Positions 18,372 to 29,384 of a stretch of DNA of 64,000 bases are shown piece by piece (positions within the stretch are counted from its first letter, which is position 1; each line of letters starts with the position of its first letter). The stretch comes from Dehalococcoidia bacterium (GTDB lineage: Bacteria > Chloroflexota > Dehalococcoidia > SM23-28-2 > RBG-16-64-32): the NCBI GenBank assembly GCA_963665775.2, contig CAXXTF010000002.1:928001-992000 (forward strand), written 5' to 3'. The position numbers and the translations under genes are program-made. Below the pieces are notes generated by a model. That model saw only the letters and a program-made list of their open reading frames with translations, made no database searches and had not been told where the DNA came from.

Positions 18372-20183
18372 TTGGTCTCGGAGGCCCCTACCAGGATACG
18401 CCAGAACGAGGGTAAGCCGCAGCCGGCCCGACGCGTCGGCCTGGTGATGCGGGTTAGCACCGACCGCCAAGCGCTTAACGAGGAGGGCTCGCTCAAGAAC
18501 CAGCTCCAGCGCCTTCGCCAACACGTCGACTACAAACGGGCGGTCGCCGGCGAGGAATGGACAGAGGCAGAGATCTACGAACTCAGAGCCATCTCAGGCA
18601 AGGACTCCCTCCGCAGCCCTGAATTCCAGCGACTGTTCGCTGATATCCGCTCCGATCGCATCAACACCGTCCTCTGCACAGCCCTCGACCGCGTATCCCG
18701 CTCCGTGAAGGACTTCCTTCACTTCTTCGAGTTCATCAACGAGCACAACGTCGAGTTCGTCTGCCTGAAGCAGAACTACGATACGACGACCCCACAGGGC
18801 AGGCTGTTCGTAACGGTCATGATCGCCCTGGCCGAGTTCGAGCGGGAACAAACCTCCGAGCGCACCAGCGAGGCGGCGGCAGCCAGGGCGGAGCGGGGGC
18901 TGTGGAACGGTGGCCGTCTCCTTGGCTATGACCTGGACCCGGACAAGAAAGGGTCCTTGGTCCCGAACCCGGAAGAGGCGCTGCTGGTCAGTTTCGCCCT
19001 CGACGCCTACCTGGAGTGCGGCTCACTCAAGAATACCGCTCAGGCCCTCAACCGGCGTGGCTATCGGACAAAGGCGTATACGTCACGCCGCGACAGACAC
19101 CACCCAGGCAAGGAATTCACCCTTACGTCCGTCCAGTATCTCCTTAAGAACCCCGCTTACATCGGGATGAAGGAGCTTAATAAGAAACGCGGCCAAAGGG
19201 ATTCCAGCTACCGTCTGGTGGACGCCGTCTGGCCCCCCATCGTCGACGAGGCGAAATTCGAGCAGGTCCAGCGTCTTATGAGGGCCAACGGGCAATCCAA
19301 CCACAACGGCTCTCAGCCCGCCCGGCATTCATACGTCCTCAGCGGCCTCCTTCACTGCGGCCGTTGTCACTCCTTGATGGAGGGCAGGTGCGGGACCGGG
19401 CGGCTCGGCTCTCGATATTACTACTACGTGTGTCGCAATAGAGACTGCGGCCTGCGTGTCAGCGCTGACGAGATCGAGGGGGCAACCCTTGGCCGCATTC
19501 GCGAGCTGGCGAGCTCGCCGGACATCCTTGAGCGTCTTGTTAACGAGACCAACGGCAGGATTGCCGGCGAACGGCCCAAGCTGATTGCTCGGCGGGATGA
19601 CCTCGGGAAGAAGCTGCACGATCTCAAGAATCAGGCAGACAAGGTCCTCGTTGAATGGTCGGCTCTCGAAGAGCAGGCGGGAAGAGCCTTCCTCACAGAG
19701 AAGTTGGGGAATTTAGCTCCGCGCCGAAGCGACCTGGAGCGCGGCATCGCCGAAGTCGAAGAAGCCCTGGCGGCTATGGACAGGGAACGGGTGACGGTGG
19801 AGGTGGTTCGGACCGCCCTCGGCGACTTCGGCCGGCTCTACGCCTGCCTCACCCCGTTTGAGCGAAAGGAGCTAATCAAGCTGATACTTCGCCGGGCGGA
19901 AGTCGGCGTCCGCCAGATCGCGCTGGAGCTGTATCCAATTCCATCAACGGAGATGGCGGCGCAGGGCCGTGTACGCTTTGAGGCACCAAACTGGCTCCCC
20001 GAGTCGCTGCCGCAAAGCGTACTGCGCGACGCCTTTGCTATCCGCCTTCCCAGTATAACTGGCTGGGTTCGAAGGGCACGACGCCGATTCGATAGAGCCT
20101 CCAGATCCCAACGGCGTAATGACCCCAGCCTCTGTAGGGCATCTTCTCCTCCTAGGATTACTGTGCCTAAGTTGGGGGGTTAA
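18372..20183 (+). CDS. Large serine recombinase (intact copy B, attP-type C-terminus)
   Basis: RVST catalytic Ser, ISGK, LDRVSRS, recombinase domain, LSGLLHCGRC/YYVC zinc ribbon, coiled coil, WLP att core. Confidence 0.93.
   Translation: MVSEAPTRIRQNEGKPQPARRVGLVMRVSTDRQALNEEGSLKNQLQRLRQHVDYKRAVAGEEWTEAEIYELRAISGKDSLRSPEFQRLFADIRSDRINTVLCTALDRVSRSVKDFLHFFEFINEHNVEFVCLKQNYDTTTPQGRLFVTVMIALAEFEREQTSERTSEAAAARAERGLWNGGRLLGYDLDPDKKGSLVPNPEEALLVSFALDAYLECGSLKNTAQALNRRGYRTKAYTSRRDRHHPGKEFTLTSVQYLLKNPAYIGMKELNKKRGQRDSSYRLVDAVWPPIVDEAKFEQVQRLMRANGQSNHNGSQPARHSYVLSGLLHCGRCHSLMEGRCGTGRLGSRYYYYVCRNRDCGLRVSADEIEGATLGRIRELASSPDILERLVNETNGRIAGERPKLIARRDDLGKKLHDLKNQADKVLVEWSALEEQAGRAFLTEKLGNLAPRRSDLERGIAEVEEALAAMDRERVTVEVVRTALGDFGRLYACLTPFERKELIKLILRRAEVGVRQIALELYPIPSTEMAAQGRVRFEAPNWLPESLPQSVLRDAFAIRLPSITGWVRRARRRFDRASRSQRRNDPSLCRASSPPRITVPKLGG
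19989..20001 (-). repeat. att core (inverted copy of the tRNA-Asn 3' end) inside recombinase B
   Basis: Reverse complement CGGGGAGCCAGTT equals 6720-6732. Confidence 0.75.
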
Positions 20184-20186
20184 GGG

Positions 20187-21258
20187 TTGCGGATTCAGCA
20201 AGGCGGAGGCGGACGGGTGGCGGTGGAAGGCGAGGACGACAACAGAACACATCTCACTATCGAACATGTGGAGCTCGACCGGCTTAAGCCCGACCCCTTC
20301 AACCCTCGACGGATCGCAGAGCAGGATCTCGACGCCCTAACCAGGAGCATCCAAGAATTTGGATTCGTTGACCCCATCATCGCCCGGCGGGAGGACCGCG
20401 CCGTCATCGGCGGCCACCAACGACTGCTGGCGGCAAGGCGTCTGGGCTTGGCCAGCGTCCCTGTCATCTTCGTTGACCTCTCGCCTGAGCAGGCTAAGCT
20501 CCTCAACCTCTCCCTCAACAAAATCAGTGGCGCCTGGGACGAAGAGCTCCTAGCCCGCCTCCTGGCTGAGCTTAACGAGACTCCGAACGTTGACATCACC
20601 TTTTCCGGCTTCGCAGAGGACGAGATCGCCAAGCTGCTCAAGACCTTGGAGCTACGGGAGAAGCGGGAGCGTACCGAGGTGTTCGATTTCGACGCCGCAT
20701 GGGAAGCGGCAACCGCCGATCCCGGCGTTAGGCGGGGAGACATCTGGCTCCTGGGCGACCACCGGCTTATGTGCGGAGACTCGGCCGACAGGGGCGACGT
20801 GTCGCGCCTGATGGCGGGTCAGACGGCGACGCTGATGGTGACGGACCCACCCTACGGCGTGGCCTACGAACCGCAGGGGCGGACGCGCAGGCGTCCCATA
20901 GCCAACGACAACCTAGGCCAGGGCCAGGCCGAGTTCTGGACACGGGCCTTCTCGGGTTGGCCCTTGGAAGGCGACGCCTACGTGTTCAGCCCCGCGGGAC
21001 CGCTTGACCTGACCCTCTGCCGGTCCATCGTGGAAGCGGGCATCGAGCACCACCAGTGGCTGATCTGGGTGAAGGACAGACTCGTGCTCGGGCATTCCCA
21101 CTACCACTACCGCCACGAGCACATCTTCTACGGCTGGAAGGGCAGGACAAGCTGGAACGGCTCCCGCAAGGAGGAGTCGGTGTGGGAAGAAGACCGGCCC
21201 TTAGCTTCCCCGCAGCACCCAACAATGAAGCCGGCCTCCCTCTTCGTTCGGGCCATGG
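20187..21258 (+). pseudogene. ParB/Srx-N6/N4 methyltransferase fusion, copy B, 3'-truncated
   Basis: NPRRI, FGFVDPII, IGGHQRL, TDPPY, HPTMKP; SAM-binding FxGxG part replaced by unrelated sequence. Confidence 0.85.
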
Positions 21259-21259
21259 C

Positions 21260-21665
21260 CATCTTTACCCCTTTCTTTTCACGCCCAAGACTAACATTAC
21301 TCCTGGACCAGTTCTTGGGGGGCAGGTCAATACGAGCCGTGCTTGAAAGCGAGCGTCGGGTCTTCGCAGCGGCTGACATCACTTCCTTCGGAACGATTTG
21401 TGAGAGCGATCCGGTTGAACCTGAGGGTGACTATACCAACGACGAATCTTGTCGCGAGCGGACGTTTGAAGAGTACCTAAATGGGCAGTCTCGCTTGGAA
21501 TTCTACGACGAGAACATGACGGTGATGGATGTGTGGATAGGGGAGACCGGCCTGATCAATAAGATACGCTTTCAGATCCCCCCTGATGAGCATGGAAGGA
21601 TAGAGCAGGTCATCACCTTCGAATATTCAGAGTTTGGTGAGGTAGTGATCGAGCGTCCTGTTTAG
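21260..21665 (+). pseudogene. C-terminal fragment of a probable lipoprotein (LppX/LprAFG-like), fused in frame to MTase B
   Basis: MDVWIGETGLINKIRF...ITFEYSEFGEVVIERP ending. Confidence 0.45.
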
Positions 21666-22026
21666 CCCCACCACCCCCACGGCTACAGCTACTGTAGTAC
21701 GAAAGCTGAGGCGAACCGGGAGCTCATTTTCGGCAACGAAGCACCAGAGAATTTAGGCCAACTCATGATTGACCAAGCGATCAAGTGGGCTAGGCTGAAT
21801 GAGTGGCTAATAACAAACTTTCGGGAGATGGTTAGAAGTTCGGTCGAGGGAGAGAAAGATGGCGCACTTGATCACCTGCTCCTGGCGATGCTGTGGGAAT
21901 GGCCTGACTACTCCGTCGAGGAAAATGTCGCATCTCCCCAATCACGGAATCCGGTTTGCAGGTCCTCCGCACATGACGCCCCGCAGGAAGGCCAGACAGA
22001 GCAGGCTGGGGAAGCCAGACGCGGCT

Positions 22027-22659
22027 TCATGCCCCCAGACCCAAAGACGGCTGCCGCGTCATGCCCCAGAGGGGGATACCGTTCGGCAATGTCAACTCCG
22101 CCGTCACCAGGAAGCCGAACCGCTCGTAGTAGCCGAAGTTGTCCGGCGCTGACGTGTCGAGAAATGCGGGCAGGGCGTCGTCATCTATACGCGGAAGCAT
22201 CTGGTTGATGAGGGCGCTTCCCAAACCGGTGCGCTGCGCCGAAGGATCGACACCGATGCCGTTGAGGTACCAGCACGGGCCAGGCGGTTTGAGCGCGGCG
22301 AGCACGGGGGCAAGAGCTTACCGTCGCCGCCAGGCCGGGATGCCGAGCCGGACGGGCGCAGCCCAGAGGCCGGACCGCAACAGCGTCAGAGCACTGTGCT
22401 TGGGTTTTTGGGGTGAACCCCAGATAGCGACGCCCAGCACGGCATCACCGGATCCACCATGGGCGACGTACACGGCTCCGCCGGAGTGGACGCAAGCGCG
22501 GATGGTTGCGCCCCAGACCCAGGGTAGTCTTGCGTGCCGCTGCGCGTCGTTGGGAAGGAGAAACGTGTAGCGGGGAGCATTCGCGAAGGCGTTGGCCATG
22601 ACCCGCGCGGCGGAAGGGATTTGGTTCAGGCGTATCGGGGAGATGAGGGGCCCAGTCAT
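22027..22659 (-). pseudogene. GNAT acetyltransferase split by an in-frame TAA
   Basis: WYLNGIGVDPSAQRTGLGSAL, YYERFGF; stop at 22318-22320 in frame with both halves. Confidence 0.8.
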
Positions 22660-22782
22660 GAAAGAATTTTACCTGATCCGTCCCGGGAAGCGGTGTAAGA
22701 GGGCGAGGGTGAGGCGATTGCGATGGAAGCGGCCGGTCGGGGGTCATTGCGCCCCGACATTTGGCTGAGAGGCAATCACCCA

Positions 22783-22977
22783 CTATTCGCCATCCAGCAG
22801 TCCGTTCCGCACGGCCCAGACCGCCATTTCCTGCTTCGAGCCGACGATCAGCTTGCCCTGCATGGCGTAGACGGCGATCCGGATGGTCACCGGCTTGAGT
22901 TCCCTGGGCTCCGCTATCCTGGCGTATGACATGCCCCGGCAGAACGAAGCGAGTATCTCCAGGCCCCTCTCCGTCAC
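22783..22977 (-). pseudogene. LuxR-type HTH fragment of a response regulator
   Basis: GMSYARIAE...VTIR..VY.MQGKL..GSKQEMAVWAVRNGL. Confidence 0.65.
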
Positions 22978-23115
22978 TCCGCCCAGTCCCTTTTCTCCTC
23001 CCTCCCCGTTCTCCGGGCTCTGCCTCGCCTCCTCCGATTGCAGCCGGTCGGACCGTGGTCAGGAGGACGGGCTACCTCCAGAAGGTGTCGGGGGTGGAGC
23101 GCCGTCCTTGCGTGC

Positions 23116-23236
23116 CCGGCCACCTCCTCGGCGTGCTTGGGCGAGTGCATTAGACAGAGTTCGGCATCGTGGAGCGGAGGTGCCTGGCAAGGGCTGCCGT
23201 CCTCTTCACGAGCTTGCAGACGCGTGGGGTAACCAA
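23116..23236 (-). pseudogene. 5' fragment of the element zinc-finger gene
   Basis: Near-identical to 16157-16245 (GGCGAGTGCATTAGACAGAGTTCGGCATCGTGGAGCGGAGG). Confidence 0.75.
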
Positions 23237-23442
23237 CGGCAATCTCTGCTTATCGGGGGCCCTGCTTACCGCGGCCTGGAGCCAAGGCAGACCATGAAGG
23301 TATGGCCCTTCTGCAAGCTCTGGATTGATGGTCTCCTGCGCCGACGTTTGTGGCAGAAGGGCGACCGAGAATGATACATTAGGCTGGTCCTGCAGTAGGG
23401 TCGGCTCCAGCATGTACTCCGGCCTATTTCGAGGGGAAAAGC

Positions 23443-23868
23443 ATGTCCATCCTGATTCGTGCGGCAGCGGCTTATCTGGTTTTGGTGGCAGTAGCGGTAG
23501 CCGTGCTCTTCATTATTACCCCGCTGTACCACCCAGGCGGGGACGCGCCGTTCCCAGAGTGGAAGGTCCTCAACTGGTTCATGGCGGTAGGGATGGTGTT
23601 CACCCTGGTCGCCAGCTACGCAGAAAAGCGGCGTGTCGATGGCGACGGTTCGGCGGACCTGAAGCGCTACTTGGAAGCGAACACGGTTTTCTACGGGACG
23701 GCCGCCGTGTTCATCCTGTTCTTCTGGAACTGGTTCAGCTCTTTGTCTCCCAACAACCAGCCCGACGGACAGCTTTGGATCGTCATCGACACCCTGATGC
23801 CTATCGTAACGGGCGTCACCGGCTGTCGAATGTGGCGCAACGTGGAGGCCTACTTGCCGCGTCCGTAG
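23443..23868 (+). CDS. Four-TM membrane protein
   Basis: RBS GAGGGG; four hydrophobic segments. Confidence 0.75.
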   Translation: MSILIRAAAAYLVLVAVAVAVLFIITPLYHPGGDAPFPEWKVLNWFMAVGMVFTLVASYAEKRRVDGDGSADLKRYLEANTVFYGTAAVFILFFWNWFSSLSPNNQPDGQLWIVIDTLMPIVTGVTGCRMWRNVEAYLPRP

Positions 23869-24043
23869 TTGCGAGCTGCACAGCTAGAAAAATGAGCGTT
23901 CGTTGTTATGGGTAGAGGGCTCGCCGCTGACTAACGAAGCCGTACGCCAAGCAGCCTGCTGGACCTCATCGGTTCCTGGATTGAGGCTCTCATTCGTGAC
24001 GACTCATGACAGCCTAAAACACATTCGCTGCTCACGGGAGAAT

Positions 24044-25191
24044 CTATACAGAAGCCGTCTGCAGCGTAGGGTGACCGACGCTCCTGGAACGCCTTCGAGC
24101 CCATCGCTTAAAGGAATGCAGCTCGATCTTGACGACATCCCGAAGTACGCTCTGAGGAACCAGCCCGGGGAGCCAGTCTGGTGGCTCAGAGCGTGAACGG
24201 CTCTGGGCCGCCTCCATTTCTTGGGCCTGAATCGGATACAGCTCCAGCGCGACCTGGCGGACGCCCACTTCCGCCCGGCGAAGTATCAGCTTGATTAGCT
24301 CCTTTCGCTCAAACGGGGTGAGGCAGGCGTAGAGCCAGCCGAAGTCGCCGAGGGCGACCCGAACCACCTCCACCGTCACCCGTTCCCTGTCCATAGCCGC
24401 CAGGGCTTCTTCGACTTCGGCGATGCCGCGCTCCAGGTCGCTTCGGCGCGGAGCTAAATTCCCCAACTTCTCTGTGAGGAAGGCTCTTCCCGCCTGCTCT
24501 TCGAGAGCCGACCATTCAACGAAGACTTTGTCTGCCTGATTCTTGAGCTCGTGCAGCTTCTTCGTAAGGTCATCCCGGCGAGTAACCAGCTTAGGCCGTT
24601 CGCCGGCAATCCTGCCGTTGGTCTCGTTAACAAGGCGTTCAAGGATGTCCGGCGCACATGCAAGCTCCCGGATGCGGCCAAGGGCAGCCCCCTCGATCTC
24701 GTCAGCGCCGACACGCAGGCCGCAGTCTCTATTGCGACACACGTAGTAGTAATATCGCGTGCCGAGCCGCCCCGTCCCGCATCTGCCCTCCATCAAGGAG
24801 TGACAACGGCCGCAGTGAAGGAGGCCGCTGAGGACGTATGAATGCCGGGCGGGCTGAGAGCCGTTGTGGTTGGATTGCCCGTTGGCCCTCATAAGACGCT
24901 GGACCTGCTCGAACTTCGCCTCGTCGACGATGGGGGGCCAGACGGCGTCCACCAGACGGTAGCTGGAATCCCGTTGGCCGCGTTTCTTATTAAGCTCCTT
25001 CATCCCAATGTAAGCGGGGTTCTTGAGGAGATACTGGACGGACGTAAGGGTGAATTCCTTGCCTGGGTGGTGTCTGTCGCGGCGTGACGTATACGTCTTT
25101 GTCCGATAGCCACGCCGGTTGAGGGCCTGAGCGGTATTCTTGAGTGAACCGCACTCCAGGTAGGCGTCGAAGGCGAAACTGACCAGCAGCG
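24044..25191 (-). pseudogene. Serine recombinase copy D, catalytic N-terminus deleted
   Basis: Near-identical to 18980-19935 in inverted orientation; C-terminus EPPDWLPGLVPQSVLRD as in copy E. Confidence 0.9.
24163..24177 (+). repeat. att core, direct repeat of the tRNA-Asn 3' end
   Basis: GCCCGGGGAGCCAGT identical to 6717-6731. Confidence 0.85.
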
Positions 25192-25210
25192 GTTCTCCTG
25201 GCGATGGGCC

Positions 25211-25975
25211 GTGCTGCTGGTAGCGCTGGTGGCGGGGGCTTTGGTTTTCGCGGCGTGCGGCGGGTCCGCAGCGCCGACCCCCGATCCCACCGCCGCCCCC
25301 GATCCCACCGCAGCGCCGGCCCCCGATCCCACCGCAGCCCCCGCAATGATGTCTCTGAGCGATATCGACGAGACCACCACGGGGGCCGAACTGATCGCGT
25401 CGCTTTCCGAAGGTGAAGCCGACTGCCTGCGCGCTGCGATAGGGGACGCGAGCTACGAAGCTATGCAGGACCTGACCCTGTCCGAGAGTGCCATGGAATT
25501 CGATACGTTCCCACTGCAATGCCTGGAGCCGGACAACGCCATCGACCTGAGCCTAGCCATGATGTCGCTCCAGGCGGGCGGGCTGTCCGATGATAGCCAG
25601 GCCTGCATCAAGGACGTTTTCGCAGAGCTCGGAGAAGACGAGCTCGGGGTGCCGGGCGAGACGATGAGCGAGACAGACTCCTTGCGCTTCTTTATAACCA
25701 TGCAGCTCTGCCTGACCGACGAAGAAGCGCAAGCCATGTCGGGACCTGTTCCGGAAGAAGACGCATTTCTTTTGCCCTCCCAACTCCGCTGCGTATCCGA
25801 GCAGACGGAACTGGAGAACCTGTTCATCGTCTACCAGGCGTTCGTTGACCTGGAATCGAGCACGGAGCCGTCTACACCATCGCCGGAAATGATGATGGCG
25901 GTGGCCGAGATAATGGCGGCTCAGGAGACCTGCGGCATTCCCACCATCATCCAAGGGGAGGGGTCAACGCCCTAG
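25211..25975 (+). CDS. Acidic Cys-containing lipoprotein, probably clipped at the 5' end
   Basis: Lipobox FAAC, PDPTAA repeats, spaced cysteines. Confidence 0.7.
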   Translation: MLLVALVAGALVFAACGGSAAPTPDPTAAPDPTAAPAPDPTAAPAMMSLSDIDETTTGAELIASLSEGEADCLRAAIGDASYEAMQDLTLSESAMEFDTFPLQCLEPDNAIDLSLAMMSLQAGGLSDDSQACIKDVFAELGEDELGVPGETMSETDSLRFFITMQLCLTDEEAQAMSGPVPEEDAFLLPSQLRCVSEQTELENLFIVYQAFVDLESSTEPSTPSPEMMMAVAEIMAAQETCGIPTIIQGEGSTP

Positions 25976-25987
25976 GCGGCGGCTCGG

Positions 25988-26770
25988 GCTGATGCGCCGT
26001 ATCGATGAGCTGCACCTTGAGTATCCGTTTGCAGGCAGTAGGATGATGCGAGGCCTGCTCCGCCAGGAGGGACTCCCCTCCGGGCGGAGACACATCGCCA
26101 CACTGATGCGGCGGATGGGCATCGATGCGCTGTACCGGAAGCCCAACACCAGCCAGCGACGCCCCGGCCATACTGTGTATCCGTACCTGCTGCGCGGGCT
26201 TGAGGTGAGCAGGCCCAACCAGGTGTGGGCAATGGACATCACGTACATTCCGATGGCCAGGGGGTTCGTGTACCTAGCCGCAGTGATGGACTGGCATAGC
26301 CGCAAGGTGCTGGCCTGGCGGGTATCGGTCACAATAGACACAGGCTTCTGCGTGGAGGCGCTCGAAGAATCCCTGGGACGCCACGGCGCGCCGGAGATAT
26401 TCAACACAGATCAGGGAAGCCAGTTCACAAGTGACGCCTTCACCGGCCTGCTGAAAGCCAATGGGATCCAGATCAGCATGGACAGGAAGGGAAGCTGGAA
26501 GGATAATGTGTTCGTCGAACGGCTGTGGAAGAGCGTCAAGTATGAGGAGATGTACCTGAGAGCCTACGAATCGGTCCCGGAAGCCAGAACTGGACTCGGG
26601 CGGTACTTCGAGTTTTACAATGCCGGACGGCCCCATTCGAGCCTTGGGGGAATGACGCCGGACCAGTTCTTTGACAGAGTGCCTGCCGAGTCCGCGGCGG
26701 CCTAACGCACGGCAGCGTGATTCCACTTATCAAACCGGGCAGCGCTGTTCAGACAAACGAGACCACCTCT
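25988..26770 (+). mobile_element. IS3-family element remnant (orfB and right end)
   Basis: WAMDITY, FNTDQGSQFTS, DNVFVERLWKSVKYE; end ...CTGTTCAGACAAACGAGACCACCTCT; orfA absent. Confidence 0.9.
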
Positions 26771-26818
26771 AAGGATTCCGGCTGCACCTGCCAGAAAAAA
26801 GAGTTCAGGGGGTATGTC

Positions 26819-27499
26819 ATGCCATCGCTTTACTTGAATCGCCTATCCAACCAAGAGCGGGAGCGCTTAGTCAACAGCCTGCACGAATCCCAGAAAGGGA
26901 ATTGTTTCATTTGCGGACAAGACGTTGACTTGGTCCTCCACGCTGGCAGCCTTGATATTGACCACATAGAGCCAATCAGTGCTGGTGGTAAAGATAGGCC
27001 GGAGAACTTCGCTCTAACGCATGACTCCTGCAACCGGTCAAAGCAAGCCAGTGACCTACGGGTGGCCCGAGTGCTGGCCTCTTTCAGTAAACTGGCGCAG
27101 CAAATGTCAGAGGAGAACCGCGCCCCGAATCTCGGAGACGTTTTGGCGGAACACGGAGGCAGTCAATACAAACTTCCAGTAACGGTAAATGAGTCGTTGC
27201 TAAAGACGTCCTTCCCGGACATGGGCTTGAATGAAGTGAAGACTCTCCCAGTGTACAAGGATGAAATATCGGGATTTCGCTCGTCGCTCATGAATATTCC
27301 GATAGAGTATCTACATCACGACGATCACATCAATCCAAGAACAATAGGCAGCAATTTGAGGAAGTTGGTCGTGGAGTTCCATAGGAAACTCCCTCAACTC
27401 CATATTTCGTTGGGATGGATCGACACGTCCGACGGAAATCAGGTAAAGGTCAAAATCTTTGACGGGCAGCACAGCGGCGCATGCGCTTCCGCGGGCTGA
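26819..27499 (+). pseudogene. HNH endonuclease + ParB/DGQHR-like domain protein, truncated
   Basis: CFICG..DIDHIEP...GG.D..ENFALTH..CN..K; INPR...IFDGQH then abrupt end; AT-richer than its flanks. Confidence 0.75.
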
Positions 27500-27584
27500 A
27501 GTTTGACTCGGACACTTCTGGCGCAGCGGTAGTATCCGCCTTCGCGAGGTCCGGCGTCGCCCGTCGCAACCAGGGGGTTTGACA

Positions 27585-29315
27585 ATGCGCGCACTAATCA
27601 CAGTAACCCCGATCATCGCTCTTGTCCTGTCAATTGCTGCCTGCCAGGGAGACGCTGGGCCTCCCGGGCCGCAGGGCCCCGCGGGCGCACCCGCCCTCGT
27701 GGACGAGGCCACCGTCGCGTCTCTCATTGAGCAGATGCAGGAGCAGTTGGACACGAGTTATACCACGGCGGCCGTACCTCCCAAGTCGACGCCCGGGGCC
27801 TACACCAAGTTCCTAGTAGAGGACGCCATCAGCAGATACGAATCGGAAGGACTCGATGCCACCGTCGCCTACTACAACACCAAGGAGAGCATCGACGACC
27901 AGTGGTATGTCTTCATCATCGATGAGAACCAGACCATCATCGCTCATGCCCCCAACCCCGACCTGGTAGGCAAGCACGTCTCCCAGGCTCTCGGACCCAA
28001 CTCCTACCCCACGGGGTCCGCCGTCGCCGCCTCCGCCGACCAGGACGGCGCCTGGTTCGACTACACCTACCCCAATCCCGCCTCTGACGTTGTGCAGACC
28101 AAGCACTCCTGGGTGATCATCCACGACGGCATCACCTTCGGCTCCGGCTGGTACGAACGCGGCCCCGGCAAGTCCGATGCCCCCGCCTACACCAAGGCCT
28201 TCGTGCGGCAGGCCATGAACCTCTACGTCGCCCTCGGCCTGGAGGAGACCGTCGCCTACTACAACGCCAGGGAGAGCATCGACGGCCAGTGGTATGTCTT
28301 CATCATCGATGAGAACCAAACCATCATCGCTCATACCCCCGACCCCGACCTCGTGGGCAAGCACGTCTCCCAGGCTCTCGGACCCAACTCCTACCCCACC
28401 GGGTCCGCCGTCGCCGCCTCCGCCGACCAGGACGGCGCCTGGTTCGACTACACCTATGCCAATCCCGCCTCTGGCGTTGTGGAGACCAAGCACTCCTGGG
28501 TGGTCATCCACGACGGCATTACCTTCGGCTCCGGCTGGTACGAACGCGGCCCCGGCAAGTCCGATGCCCCCGCCTACACCAAGGCCTTCGTGCGGCAGGC
28601 CATGAACCTCTACGTCGCCCTCGGCCTGGAGGAGACCGTCGCCTACTACAACGCCAAGGAGAGCATCGACGGCCAGTGGTATGTCTTCATCATCGATGAG
28701 AACCAAACCATCATCGCTCATGCCCCCGACCCCGACCTCGTGGGCAAGCACGTCTCCCAGGCTCTCGGACCCAACTCCTATCCCACCGGGTCCGCCGTCG
28801 CCGCCTCCGCCGACCAGGACGGCGCCTGGTTCGACTACACCTATGCCAATCCAGCCTCTGGCGTTGTGCAGACCAAGCACTCCTGGGTGATCATCCACGA
28901 CGGCATCACCTTCGGCTCCGGCTGGTACGAACGCGGCCCCGGCAAGTCCGACGCCCCCGCCTACACCAAGGCCTTCGTGCAGCAAGCCATGAACCTCTAC
29001 GTCGCCCTCGGCCTGGAGGAGGCCGTCGCCTACTACAACGCCAAGGAGAGTGTTGACGGCCAGTGGTACGTCTTCATCATCGACCAAGACGGCTACACGA
29101 TAGCCCACCATAACCCGCAGTTTCGAGGGCGTGATCCCAGCCTCCGTGTGGACGCCACGGGGTATTTCTATGGCGACGACTTGCTGAGCGCCACTGAGGC
29201 GGGTCATTGGGTCGACTATGTGTTGCTCAACCCGGAATCGGGCGAGAACCGTCAGAAACACACTTGGATTGTGCGGCATGACGGGCTGCTATTTGGCTCG
29301 GGCTGGTATGAGTAG
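27585..29315 (+). CDS. Lipoprotein with four tandem Cache-like domains
   Basis: Lipobox IAAC, short collagen-like GPPGPQGPAG, repeats WYVFIID...IIAH...G.W.DY...NP....K.SW...HDG..FGSGWY. Confidence 0.85.
   Translation: MRALITVTPIIALVLSIAACQGDAGPPGPQGPAGAPALVDEATVASLIEQMQEQLDTSYTTAAVPPKSTPGAYTKFLVEDAISRYESEGLDATVAYYNTKESIDDQWYVFIIDENQTIIAHAPNPDLVGKHVSQALGPNSYPTGSAVAASADQDGAWFDYTYPNPASDVVQTKHSWVIIHDGITFGSGWYERGPGKSDAPAYTKAFVRQAMNLYVALGLEETVAYYNARESIDGQWYVFIIDENQTIIAHTPDPDLVGKHVSQALGPNSYPTGSAVAASADQDGAWFDYTYANPASGVVETKHSWVVIHDGITFGSGWYERGPGKSDAPAYTKAFVRQAMNLYVALGLEETVAYYNAKESIDGQWYVFIIDENQTIIAHAPDPDLVGKHVSQALGPNSYPTGSAVAASADQDGAWFDYTYANPASGVVQTKHSWVIIHDGITFGSGWYERGPGKSDAPAYTKAFVQQAMNLYVALGLEEAVAYYNAKESVDGQWYVFIIDQDGYTIAHHNPQFRGRDPSLRVDATGYFYGDDLLSATEAGHWVDYVLLNPESGENRQKHTWIVRHDGLLFGSGWYE
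27860..29083 (+). repeat. Near-identical 387-bp tandem repeats inside the Cache lipoprotein
   Basis: GGCTCCGGCTGGTACGAACGC at 28140, 28527 and 28914. Confidence 0.92.
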
Positions 29316-29384
29316 TAGCAACCCGCCTCGAAACTGGGAAGCGTTCCGGTTTGTTTGGGATTGGCGGCTTTTCCGGACTAAGTC

